This document shows, piece after piece, positions 43,418-51,755 of a DNA stretch of 59,217 nucleotides (its first letter is position 1; every line of letters begins with the position of its first letter). The stretch is from contig CALRHR010000003.1 of the NCBI GenBank assembly GCA_943359485.1, positions 1 through 59,217 of the forward strand. Reading direction: 5' to 3'. The position numbers and the translations under genes were made by a program. This DNA is from Candidatus Nomurabacteria bacterium. Its GTDB lineage: Bacteria > Patescibacteriota > Minisyncoccia > Phycocordibacterales > UBA9973. The notes under the pieces were generated by a model that saw only the letters and a program-made list of their open reading frames with translations, made no database searches and was not told where the DNA came from.

Positions 43418-45085
43418 ATGGAAAACTATAAAAACTTAATACAAAAAGTCCCCAAAGAAGTTTCACATGTAACACAAACTCTAGAGAAAGGAGGTTTTGA
43501 GGCATACCTGGTTGGTGGATGTGTCCGTGATTTAGTTATCGGTAGGGATCCCAAAGATTGGGATGTTACAACTAATGCCAAGCCAGAAGAAATAATCAGT
43601 CTGTTCGAAAAGACTGTTTATGAGAATACTTTTGGAACAGTCGCGGTTTGTGTCCCTCACCTATCCGTCAAAGCGTTAGCGTCGAAGGATGAAACAGTTT
43701 CACAAGAAACATTCGAAAACAATGTTTCCCGTGAAACACAAGAATATATTGTGGTTGAAGTAACCCCTTACAGGTTAGAAGCAAAATATACTGATTTTAG
43801 ACATCCAGATGGTGTAAAATTCAGCAATAACTTGGAAGATGATTTAAAAAGACGCGATTTTACAGTGAATGCTCTGGCGCTGAATTCTCAAGGACACCTA
43901 ATTGATTTGTTTGGTGGGGTAAAAGATATAAAGGACAAAATGCTACGGACAGTAGGGGAGCCTTATGATCGTTTTAGTGAAGATGCGCTGCGAATGTTGA
44001 GAGTAGTGCGTTTTGCTTGCCAACTTAGCTTTTTTATGTCGCATGAAACTACTGAGAGTATTCTGAAAAACTCGGATTTGATAAAACAAATTTCAGCAGA
44101 AAGGATTCATGATGAGTTTGCGAAAATAATTATGTCGAAAACTCCGGCGAGCGGGGTTGCGATGCTTCAAAAGTTTGGTTTGTTAAAACATATAATTCCT
44201 GAGTTAGAAGAGGGGATAGGTTGTGAGCAACTTGGGGAGCATATTTATGATGTTTGGGACCACTTATTACATGCCCTGCAACACGTGGCGGACAAAAATT
44301 GGCCTTTAGAAATAAGGCTTGCAGCTCTTTTTCATGATATTGGGAAGCCAAAGACAAGAAGGCTGGCTACTCCACACAAATTAGCCTCGCCTGAGAACTT
44401 TTCCTCAGGATTTCCTGCTATGCAACGTCAACCATTCGGAAAAGTTTCAGGCTCGACCATAGCGACTCCAAAGAAAAAATACACCTTCTACGGCCATGAA
44501 GTTGTGGGTGCGAGGATGGTGAAAAAAATAATGGAACGATTAAAGTTTCCCAAAAAAGAAATTGAACTTGTTGAAAAATTGGTTCGTAATCATATGTTTT
44601 TTTCAGATACTGAACTTATCACTCTTTCTGCCGTGCGGCGCATAATTCAGAAAGTGGGGGTGGAAAATATTTGGCTTCTAATGAATGTCCGTGAGTGCGA
44701 CAGGGTGGGGATGAAGAAAAAAGAAGCGCCGTATCGATTGCGAAAATATTTTGCTATGATCGAAGAAGCCTTGCGGGATCCGATTTCCGTCAGTCAGTTA
44801 AAAATAAATGGGGAATTTATGATGAAAGAATTGGGGATCAAACCAGGGCCGAGGATGGGATGGATGCTAAATGCGCTTCTCGAAGAAGTATTGGATGCAC
44901 CGGAGAAAAATACCGTGGAACATCTCTCTGAACTTGTTAAATCACTCAACAGGCTCGATGACGGAGAGCTGAAAGCACTTGGCGACAGGGGAAAAGAAAA
45001 AAAAGAAGAACTTGAAGAAGAAGAGGTTGCGAAACTTCACGAGAAGCATGGAGTGCGCCCCGCCAAGGATGGGGTAAAAAAGTAG
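43418..45085 (+). CDS. cca: CCA-adding tRNA nucleotidyltransferase with HD domain
   Basis: GGCVRDLVIGRDPKDWDVTT head domain, RRDFTVNA, and HD motif LFHDIGKP. Two apparent in-frame insertions plus an acidic/basic C-terminal tail. Confidence 0.85.
   Translation: MENYKNLIQKVPKEVSHVTQTLEKGGFEAYLVGGCVRDLVIGRDPKDWDVTTNAKPEEIISLFEKTVYENTFGTVAVCVPHLSVKALASKDETVSQETFENNVSRETQEYIVVEVTPYRLEAKYTDFRHPDGVKFSNNLEDDLKRRDFTVNALALNSQGHLIDLFGGVKDIKDKMLRTVGEPYDRFSEDALRMLRVVRFACQLSFFMSHETTESILKNSDLIKQISAERIHDEFAKIIMSKTPASGVAMLQKFGLLKHIIPELEEGIGCEQLGEHIYDVWDHLLHALQHVADKNWPLEIRLAALFHDIGKPKTRRLATPHKLASPENFSSGFPAMQRQPFGKVSGSTIATPKKKYTFYGHEVVGARMVKKIMERLKFPKKEIELVEKLVRNHMFFSDTELITLSAVRRIIQKVGVENIWLLMNVRECDRVGMKKKEAPYRLRKYFAMIEEALRDPISVSQLKINGEFMMKELGIKPGPRMGWMLNALLEEVLDAPEKNTVEHLSELVKSLNRLDDGELKALGDRGKEKKEELEEEEVAKLHEKHGVRPAKDGVKK
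43723..43738. promoter_or_regulatory. parS-like site (TGTTTCCCGTGAAACA) inside cca
   Basis: One mismatch from the consensus. A weaker neighbour, AGTTTCACAAGAAACA, lies at 43696-43711. Confidence 0.55.
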
Positions 45086-45086
45086 C

Positions 45087-45114
45087 TTGACAATTCTATA
45101 CCAAAATATATACT
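45087..45114 (+). promoter_or_regulatory. sigma70-like promoter and inverted-repeat operator of the TA pair
   Basis: TTGACA (45087-45092), 16-nt spacer, TATACT (45109-45114). It overlaps the inverted repeat ATACCAA..TTGGGTAT. Confidence 0.4.
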
Positions 45115-45121
45115 TGGGTAT

Positions 45122-45394
45122 ATGGATACAACAATGTTAATAAAAACAAATAAGGTTCTAAAAACTAAAGCTCAAAAATTAGCCAAAGAAATGGGTTTGC
45201 CTTTAGGTACTTTAGTTAACAACTATCTCAAGGATTTTGTCATTGAGAGGCAGGTTACTTTTAACGCTCCCCTCATACCGAATAAAGAAACCATAAGAGC
45301 AATAGAACAGGCAAGAAGGGACTATAAAGCAGGCAGAAATATTTCTGGTCCATTTACGGCAAAGGAGTTTATTACTCACTTAAAAAGCTTGTAG
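45122..45394 (+). CDS. type II antitoxin, RelB/DinJ family
   Basis: N-terminal ribbon-helix-helix-like segment MLIKTNKVLKTKAQKLAKEMGLPLGTLVNNYL, located 4 nt upstream of the toxin gene. Confidence 0.65.
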   Translation: MDTTMLIKTNKVLKTKAQKLAKEMGLPLGTLVNNYLKDFVIERQVTFNAPLIPNKETIRAIEQARRDYKAGRNISGPFTAKEFITHLKSL

Positions 45395-45398
45395 TCTC

Positions 45399-45656
45399 AT
45401 GCAATATTTTTCCTCCAAAAGGTTTAACAAACAGTTTGCCAAACTCCCGGGAAAAATTAGAGAGCAATGCATTGAGAAAATAAAATTTTTTTTAGAAAAT
45501 CCTTTTGACCAGAGATTAAATAATCATGCAGTTTACCACCCCTATGATGGTTGCCGGAGTATAAATGTTACCGGGGACATTCGAGCTATCTATGAACCAG
45601 GAGAAGATGTAGCTCTCTTTATCTGCATTGGTTCTCACAGTGAGCTGTATAAATAG
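45399..45656 (+). CDS. type II toxin, RelE/YafQ-family mRNA interferase
   Basis: 85 aa. ..FNKQFAKLP..I.....I..F..NP.....NH......G.RS..V.GDIRAIY......V.L...GSHSELY pattern. Confidence 0.7.
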   Translation: MQYFSSKRFNKQFAKLPGKIREQCIEKIKFFLENPFDQRLNNHAVYHPYDGCRSINVTGDIRAIYEPGEDVALFICIGSHSELYK

Positions 45657-47336
45657 CTACGAAACCTCTTGCTGGTAACATTTTTCACAGTAGACCATTT
45701 CTTTGCGATCTGGAGAATAAGATGTTTCAAATTCGTTTGGGCATTTGGTGTCAGCGTGTTGGTGATTTTTTAATTTACACATACAGGAACGGTGCCAGAG
45801 CTGGCGGGGGTTGCGTTTAGACATTCGGTCTTGATGGCGGCACTCGAAATCCTTGTGGGGTAGTGGCAGATTCATTCGTTTGTAGAAATCTAATTCGGAT
45901 TTTGTGATACGAAAATTTTTCTTACAATCCTTACAGATTAAAATTTCGTTTAAAATTTCCTCACCAATTTCTTCGATAGTCTCTGGTATATTCTCTTCTT
46001 TAATTGTTTCTTTGTCGTATGTGCCAGTGGCCTGGTTTTGCCAGTTAAAACCTTTTTCCTTAGCTTCTTGCTCAGTCATCGGTAAATATTCTTGAGCCAG
46101 AGTTTCATTGTATCCAAAAGGGGAGAATGTTGGTGGGAAAAATTCTCCATAGGTTTTTTCTTCTAACATTTGTTTCTGGATTTGTTCTTTTAGTTTTTGA
46201 TATTCTTCTTTAGAATATTCTTTATTTAGAATCATATAGTTTCCTTTGCGTATGGCTATACAGCCAAAAGCATTGGAAAGATTGTGACAATTTTCAGAAT
46301 AAGCTACTTCATTGCAGTAGAAAATATAAGCACAGTTATGGGATTTACTACATTGGAGAGCACCCATAATATTGTAACAAAGCTCATTTTTATAATAAAA
46401 ATTATTACAGTCCATACTGTCGATTGATTCTTCGGCATCTGCTAGATAAGAGCAATTTTTTGTGCCGGTGGTGTCAAAAACTCTCACTCCATCGTAGCAA
46501 TTGTGTAAATAATCTCCGGTGACATTGTTGCATTTTGTCGCGGATGCATACTTCACTATTGTGGTACTTTTCAAAGCAGCAAATTCTTTTTTAGCTGCTT
46601 CTATGTTTTCATAACTGGAAAAAATTTCTTTTTTCTTTTTCTCATATTCTTCCTTTGAGTATTTTACATTCAAAATTGCGTTAGAAAGGTTCCTGCCATT
46701 TACACAAAAAATGCAGTTGGTAGAGTTTCGCATGTTGTAGCAGAAAATCAAATCAGTCGATGACTGGCATTGTTCGCAGTACATGCATTTAAAGCATTCG
46801 CGAGTGTCTATACACTCATAGCAGAGTTCAGATTGGTGAATGAAAGCGCAGTCCACGCATCCTTTGCATTTTTGAATCAGCCTACTATACATACAGTCCT
46901 CGTTGTATTCTGCGGCAAAAATTAAATAACAATCTTTATTGTCTGATGCGCCGTTGGTATATTCACTGCGTACAGAATTCAACATCATTAAGGCTAGTCG
47001 GGGGACTTTCTTTTGTAACTCCGAATATTGTTCTAAAAATGATTGATTTGGATTGTAATCTTTTCCGAAATCTTTTGGGTCCCATTTGTCACTCCACCAA
47101 CATTCGTGACAATAAATAGTGTAAGGACTTTTATTTGAATAAAGAGAAATGATGTCTTTTTTGCAAAGATCACAAGCTCTTTTATAGAAAGTTCTTTCAT
47201 TTCTAAATGCCAATCTGCGCATTGCGCGACAGTCTGGACAATGAGAAGGAGGAATAGTTTTTACTTGTTCGTAAAAAATCAAGTCCTCCTTTCTAATTTC
47301 AAAATCTTTTTTACATGTTTTGCAATTTTTTTGCAT
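45657..47336 (-). CDS. cysteine-rich hypothetical protein with terminal zinc-ribbon modules and an internally duplicated Cys-repeat core
   Basis: N-terminal CKTCKKDFEIRKEDLIFYE..CPDCR and C-terminal CKDCKKNFRITKSELDFYKR.. are homologous. Two Cys-rich blocks each end in N.ILN..YSKEEY.K.K. Confidence 0.5.
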   Translation of the reverse strand: MQKNCKTCKKDFEIRKEDLIFYEQVKTIPPSHCPDCRAMRRLAFRNERTFYKRACDLCKKDIISLYSNKSPYTIYCHECWWSDKWDPKDFGKDYNPNQSFLEQYSELQKKVPRLALMMLNSVRSEYTNGASDNKDCYLIFAAEYNEDCMYSRLIQKCKGCVDCAFIHQSELCYECIDTRECFKCMYCEQCQSSTDLIFCYNMRNSTNCIFCVNGRNLSNAILNVKYSKEEYEKKKKEIFSSYENIEAAKKEFAALKSTTIVKYASATKCNNVTGDYLHNCYDGVRVFDTTGTKNCSYLADAEESIDSMDCNNFYYKNELCYNIMGALQCSKSHNCAYIFYCNEVAYSENCHNLSNAFGCIAIRKGNYMILNKEYSKEEYQKLKEQIQKQMLEEKTYGEFFPPTFSPFGYNETLAQEYLPMTEQEAKEKGFNWQNQATGTYDKETIKEENIPETIEEIGEEILNEILICKDCKKNFRITKSELDFYKRMNLPLPHKDFECRHQDRMSKRNPRQLWHRSCMCKLKNHQHADTKCPNEFETSYSPDRKEMVYCEKCYQQEVS

Positions 47337-47450
47337 ATTGATATTTTATATCAATTTAAAAACATTGTCAAATTGTATGACCAAAATATGTGGATAAATA
47401 GGGTTATTATAAAGAATAAAAATAAATAAGAGAAATTCTGTTGATAGACA

Positions 47451-47479
47451 TTGACAAAGTTTGGAGCTTTGTATATACT
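47451..47479 (+). promoter_or_regulatory. sigma70-like promoter upstream of the TrmB-family regulator
   Basis: TTGACA (47451-47456), 17-nt spacer, TATACT (47474-47479). Confidence 0.45.
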
Positions 47480-47514
47480 TATTTTAGCCACGCTTTAATG
47501 GACGATTGCGCGGC

Positions 47515-48321
47515 ATGATTTCGCAAAATCAAATGAAAAATGAAAACTTACGACTTACTAAAACGCTCGAATTTATCGGCTTTTCCGAGAAGGAAGTTTT
47601 GGTATATCTGGCGCTTCTGGAATTGGGCAAAGGAACAGTTACCCAAATTTCTCGCAAGGCTGGAATTAACCGCCCCACTGGTTACCATGTGTTAGCTTCG
47701 CTCGAAGTAAAAGAACTCGTGCGAGCTTCCGGCAAAGAGCCCAAGCAAGAATATGTAGCCGAGTCTCCGGACCAAATTGAAAAACTTTTGGTGAAGAAAA
47801 TAAAAAGTGACGAGGCTTTTATTCGTGAAGCGCGTAAAATTATTCCGGAATTAAAATCAATGCACAATGTTTCCGACCGCCCAAAGGTTTTATTTTACGA
47901 AGGGAGAGAGGGTTTGGAAAAAGTTTACGAAGACACTCTCTCTTCACATGAAGAAATTCGCGCGTATGCTACTTATGACGATATGCAGAATGCTTTGCCG
48001 GGATATTTTCCAGAATATTTTTATCGCCGAGCCAAGAAGGGGATAAGTATCAGAGCTATTTTCCCATATACGCAGGCAGGTATAGAATTAAGTGGCTATA
48101 ATAAAGAGCAAATGCGCGAAACAGCCATAGTGCCAGCTGACAAATATTATTTTTCTCCGGAAATAAATATTTATGATAACAAAGTGATGATTGCTTCCTG
48201 GAAGGAAAAGCTTGGGATTATCATCGAATCGCATGAAATTGCGGATGCTATGAAAAAAGTCTTCGAACTTGCGTGGACGGAGGCGAAAAGACTAGATGGG
48301 GAATTGAAAAAGAACCCATAA
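47515..48321 (+). CDS. TrmB-family transcriptional regulator
   Basis: Winged HTH FSEKEVLVYLALLELGKGTVTQISRKAGINRPTGYHVLASLEVKELV. Start taken at the first ATG (47515) rather than TTG at 47506. Confidence 0.8.
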   Translation: MISQNQMKNENLRLTKTLEFIGFSEKEVLVYLALLELGKGTVTQISRKAGINRPTGYHVLASLEVKELVRASGKEPKQEYVAESPDQIEKLLVKKIKSDEAFIREARKIIPELKSMHNVSDRPKVLFYEGREGLEKVYEDTLSSHEEIRAYATYDDMQNALPGYFPEYFYRRAKKGISIRAIFPYTQAGIELSGYNKEQMRETAIVPADKYYFSPEINIYDNKVMIASWKEKLGIIIESHEIADAMKKVFELAWTEAKRLDGELKKNP

Positions 48322-48367
48322 CATATTAGACGCTACCATTACCAATGTGTTATTTAGAAAAGATAAC

Positions 48368-48997
48368 TTAATTGTGGTTGAGATAGAAAATCTTCTCAAA
48401 AAGCTTTGTGCTATAGGTAGATAGGTTAAAGATAACCGTTAAGGTAAAAAGAATTAGAGAAAGTTTAATACTGAAAAATGCCAAGGGCATAGCGATAAGG
48501 GCAAAGATGACTGGTACCATAGTGCGGATGGTACTACCATGGATTTCTCTTTTGCTTATTTCTGGATTTTTTATATGCTCAGAATACAGGACATAGCTAC
48601 GCATCCAAAATAAAGTCAGTCCGATTAAAATAATGTGAGCACCAAAGAGTATGACAGATAATTCATTTTGACCGAATTGTCCGAGGACGCTCGAGGAGAA
48701 AGGGATCAAACTGATGAGCATGAAAAACAGAGCGTTGATGTTCGTCAACATTGAATCTATGTTTTTTGCATAAATAGAAATAAAAAAGTGATGTGCTCGC
48801 CAGTAAGTGAAAAGCAGTGCAAAGGAAAGGACATAAGAGAATAGGAGTGGCAATAATTTTTCGATTTCGGTCCAAAGTGCGGAGTTGGCTATTGACCCAA
48901 AAATTTCTACTGGCAACTTAATCTGAAAAACTAAAATAGTCATAACGATGGCAAAAATTCCGTCCGAAAGCTGGTCTAATCTTGTGTGGTTCATCAT
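48368..48997 (-). CDS. TMEM175/DUF1211-family potassium channel-like membrane protein
   Basis: RLDQLSDGIFAIVMTILVFQI signature plus six TM segments. Confidence 0.75.
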   Translation of the reverse strand: MMNHTRLDQLSDGIFAIVMTILVFQIKLPVEIFGSIANSALWTEIEKLLPLLFSYVLSFALLFTYWRAHHFFISIYAKNIDSMLTNINALFFMLISLIPFSSSVLGQFGQNELSVILFGAHIILIGLTLFWMRSYVLYSEHIKNPEISKREIHGSTIRTMVPVIFALIAMPLAFFSIKLSLILFTLTVIFNLSTYSTKLFEKIFYLNHN

Positions 48998-49148
48998 GAT
49001 TTTTAGAGTATATCATAAAACTTTTTCTTGGCATACTTTTTATAAAGCAATCTATCTGGCGTTGCTACGCCAGCGAACTTCTCGGCCCGTCGGCCTGCGA
49101 AAGGCTTTCTGAAAAGTACGCCTACGACAAGTTTATGAAAAATTATAA

Positions 49149-49919
49149 TTATGAAAGCTCTAGTAAAATCGGGCAATGATCGGAACCCATATAATTATTG
49201 AGCATTCCCACATTTTTTATTTTAGAGATAATTTTTGAGTCAGCAAAGAAATAATCTATTCTCCAGCCGACATTTCTGTCTCGCGCTCTGGTCTTTTGGT
49301 CCCAGTATGTATAAGTATCTTTTTTATTTGGGTTTTTATGTCTCCAGATATCAATAAAATTATTTTTTACTACCTTAGTAATCCAAGCTCGCTCAATAGG
49401 TAGAAAACCAGTATTTTCTTCATTTGCTTTAGGGCGAGCAAGGTCGATAGCTTCGTGCGCGGTATTTATATCTCCGCAGAAAATTACATTCTCGTTATTT
49501 CTTCGTAACTTCAGGATAAACTTTAAAAAAGCATCATAAAATTCTAATTTATATTTGAGTCGTTCTGGTCCTTGCCCACCATTTGGGAAATAGCCATTTA
49601 TAATTGTAAAATTTTTAAATTTAGCGCCGATCAATCTGCCTTCATTGTCTAATTTTTTTATTCCCATGCCATAAAATATTTCTTTGGGTTTTTCTTTTGT
49701 ATATATTGCCACCCCACTATAACCCTTTTTAATTTCTGGATGTGAAAAATATGAAAAATATCCGGGAATATTCCGTACCTCTTCTGGTAATTGGTTCGGC
49801 TCTACTTTGGTTTCTTGGAGACATAAAATATCAGGTTTGTGTTGTTCAAAAATGGGAGTGAAGAAGCCTTGTTTGGCTGTTGCTCGCAATCCGTTTGTGT
49901 TCCAAGAAATTATTTTCAT
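49149..49919 (-). CDS. xth: exodeoxyribonuclease III
   Basis: MKIISWNTNGLRA.., ..DILCLQETK.., ..SDHCPILLEL. Start placed at the ATG at 49919; the longer listed ORF overlaps xerC. Confidence 0.9.
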   Translation of the reverse strand: MKIISWNTNGLRATAKQGFFTPIFEQHKPDILCLQETKVEPNQLPEEVRNIPGYFSYFSHPEIKKGYSGVAIYTKEKPKEIFYGMGIKKLDNEGRLIGAKFKNFTIINGYFPNGGQGPERLKYKLEFYDAFLKFILKLRRNNENVIFCGDINTAHEAIDLARPKANEENTGFLPIERAWITKVVKNNFIDIWRHKNPNKKDTYTYWDQKTRARDRNVGWRIDYFFADSKIISKIKNVGMLNNYMGSDHCPILLELS

Positions 49920-49932
49920 TTTTTTTATTATA

Positions 49933-50871
49933 CTATTTTTTGTTATGAAATTTCTTGTGTATATCTCGCAAATGTTTATCCGTGACATGGGTGTAAATTT
50001 GGGTGGTGCCGATGTTGGCGTGGCCCAGAATCGCCTGCACCGAGCGCAGGTCAGCGCCGTTACTAAGTAAATCGGTAGCAAACATGTGGCGCATGACATG
50101 CGGGGTTACCTTTTTGGAAATTCCGGACTTGATGGCATGAGCTTTTACTATTCGTTCGACGGATCTGCGTGATAGTGGCTTCATGTCCATATTTTCTTTT
50201 TTTAATTTATTTTTATTTCCAATTTTACTTTCTATCTGAACAAAAAGTGCCTCGTTCATATCCTTGCGAGCAGCCAAATATTTTCTTACTGCATTTTTAG
50301 CTTCATCGGAAATAAAAACTACGCGTACTTTTCCGCCCTTCCCACGGATAGAGAGTTCTTCTGAACCTAGATTTATATCAGAAGTTAGGGAACAGAGCTC
50401 TGAAACGCGCAGGCCAGTGGAGAACAAAAGTTCCAAGATGGCTTTGTCTCGCAAATCCTTTAGATCGGTGCCACTAGGGGACTTGAGAAGTCTTTCGAGT
50501 TCTTCGTGGGTGATTAGGTCGAGAGACCTTTCGTTGGTTTTTGCTAGCTCGATGCGTTCGGGCGCCATAGATTTTATATTTTCTCTAGCTAAATATTTTA
50601 AAAAAGCGCGGATGGCAATCAGATAATAATTTTGGGTTTTCTTAGATAAAGTTTCTCCTGTAGCTCTGTTGTTGCCGGTCGCTTGTCTGTTGAGCCACAT
50701 ACGGAATTCTCTGATGTTAGCGTCATTTATTTTCTCCGGGTTGTCGGTTTTTATAAATCCTAAAAAGCGAGTGAGGTAATGGTCATAATTTTCCACTGTC
50801 TTGATTGCTCGGCCTTTTTCTATCTCTACATATTCCAGAAATTGAGTTTTTAGCTGTTTAAGAGAGGACAT
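49933..50871 (-). CDS. xerC: site-specific tyrosine recombinase XerC/XerD family
   Basis: ..GLRVSELCSL.., ..HVMRHMFATDLLSNGADLRSVQAILGHANIGTTQIYTHV (R-H-R-Y catalytic pattern). Confidence 0.9.
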   Translation of the reverse strand: MSSLKQLKTQFLEYVEIEKGRAIKTVENYDHYLTRFLGFIKTDNPEKINDANIREFRMWLNRQATGNNRATGETLSKKTQNYYLIAIRAFLKYLARENIKSMAPERIELAKTNERSLDLITHEELERLLKSPSGTDLKDLRDKAILELLFSTGLRVSELCSLTSDINLGSEELSIRGKGGKVRVVFISDEAKNAVRKYLAARKDMNEALFVQIESKIGNKNKLKKENMDMKPLSRRSVERIVKAHAIKSGISKKVTPHVMRHMFATDLLSNGADLRSVQAILGHANIGTTQIYTHVTDKHLRDIHKKFHNKK

Positions 50872-50940
50872 GTCTCTATATTATACCAAATATTGTGCGA
50901 CAAGACTCAGGTTGCAATTTTTCGTGTTTTATGCTAATAT

Positions 50941-51210
50941 ATGAATATGTTAGTAACTAAGAAAAAGCAGACAATTATTAAGAAAAATCAGATACATGAT
51001 AAGGATACAGGCTCTCCAGAGGTGCAAGTGGCAGTGATTTCTGCGGCGATTGATGAGCTTGCCAAGCATTTAAAGAAGCATAAAAAGGACAATCATTCTC
51101 GCCGTGGGCTTATCAAGATGGTGGCTGATAGACGCACTCATTTGAAGTATTTGGAAAGAACAAACAAGACTCGTTACAACGCCTTGATGAAGAAGATGGA
51201 GCTTGTCTAA
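50941..51210 (+). CDS. rpsO: 30S ribosomal protein S15
   Basis: ..DTGSPEVQVAVISAAIDELAKHLKKHKKDNHSRRGLIKMV..R..LKYL. Confidence 0.9.
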   Translation: MNMLVTKKKQTIIKKNQIHDKDTGSPEVQVAVISAAIDELAKHLKKHKKDNHSRRGLIKMVADRRTHLKYLERTNKTRYNALMKKMELV

Positions 51211-51230
51211 AACTCTGCTATACTTAACAT

Positions 51231-51740
51231 ATGACAGTTATAAAACATAAAGAACAAAGAGTCGGAGTTTTTATTGATACTCAAAATTTATACCACAGTG
51301 CTCGCAATCTATATAAAGCGCGAGTGAATTTTGGTGCGGTTTTGAAGGATGCGGTTGCGGGGCGAAAGCTGGTGCGTGCGGTGGCTTATGTCATTACCAC
51401 AGAGGCGGGGGATGAGAAGAACTTCTTCGAAGCACTAGAAAAATTAGGCATCGAAACTAAAACAAAAGATCTGCAAATATTCGCAGGTGGAAGCAAAAAA
51501 GCAGACTGGGATGTCGGGCTCGCTGTGGACGCTATTAAAATGACGGCACGGCTCGACTCGGTAGTAATAGTTTCCGGCGACGGAGACTTTATTCCGTTGG
51601 TAGAATATTTACAGACTATGGGTGTGCAGGTGGAAGTAGTATCATTTGGGCAATCAACTTCTGGAAAACTTCGCGAAGCTGTGGATGACTTTGTGGACCT
51701 TTCTGAAAATCCTAGAAAATATTTAATCGGGGGGAGGTAG
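51231..51740 (+). CDS. NYN-domain (LabA-like) protein
   Basis: RVGVFIDTQNLYHSAR.. and ..VIVSGDGDFIPLVEYLQTMGVQVEVVSF. Confidence 0.8.
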   Translation: MTVIKHKEQRVGVFIDTQNLYHSARNLYKARVNFGAVLKDAVAGRKLVRAVAYVITTEAGDEKNFFEALEKLGIETKTKDLQIFAGGSKKADWDVGLAVDAIKMTARLDSVVIVSGDGDFIPLVEYLQTMGVQVEVVSFGQSTSGKLREAVDDFVDLSENPRKYLIGGR

Positions 51741-51755
51741 AAAGTTTTGTAGGTT

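Noticed and set aside
49056-49130. GC-rich patch with hairpin CTGGCGTTGCTACGCCAG between the TMEM175-like gene and xth, possibly another repeat family or an sRNA
   Set aside because: There is only one clear copy in the window and no recognisable RNA motif. Evidence is insufficient to call a feature.
49920-50099. Long N-terminal extension of the exonuclease III ORF
   Set aside because: It overlaps the 3' end of xerC in another frame and has an odd Cys/Arg-rich composition. The canonical MKIISWNTNG start at 49919 is preferred.
50912-50947. Extended -10 promoter (TTGCAA-17-TGcTAATAT) ending at the rpsO start codon, implying a leaderless mRNA starting at the third codon
   Set aside because: The promoter match may be fortuitous in AT-rich DNA, and the leaderless inference cannot be supported without 5'-end data.
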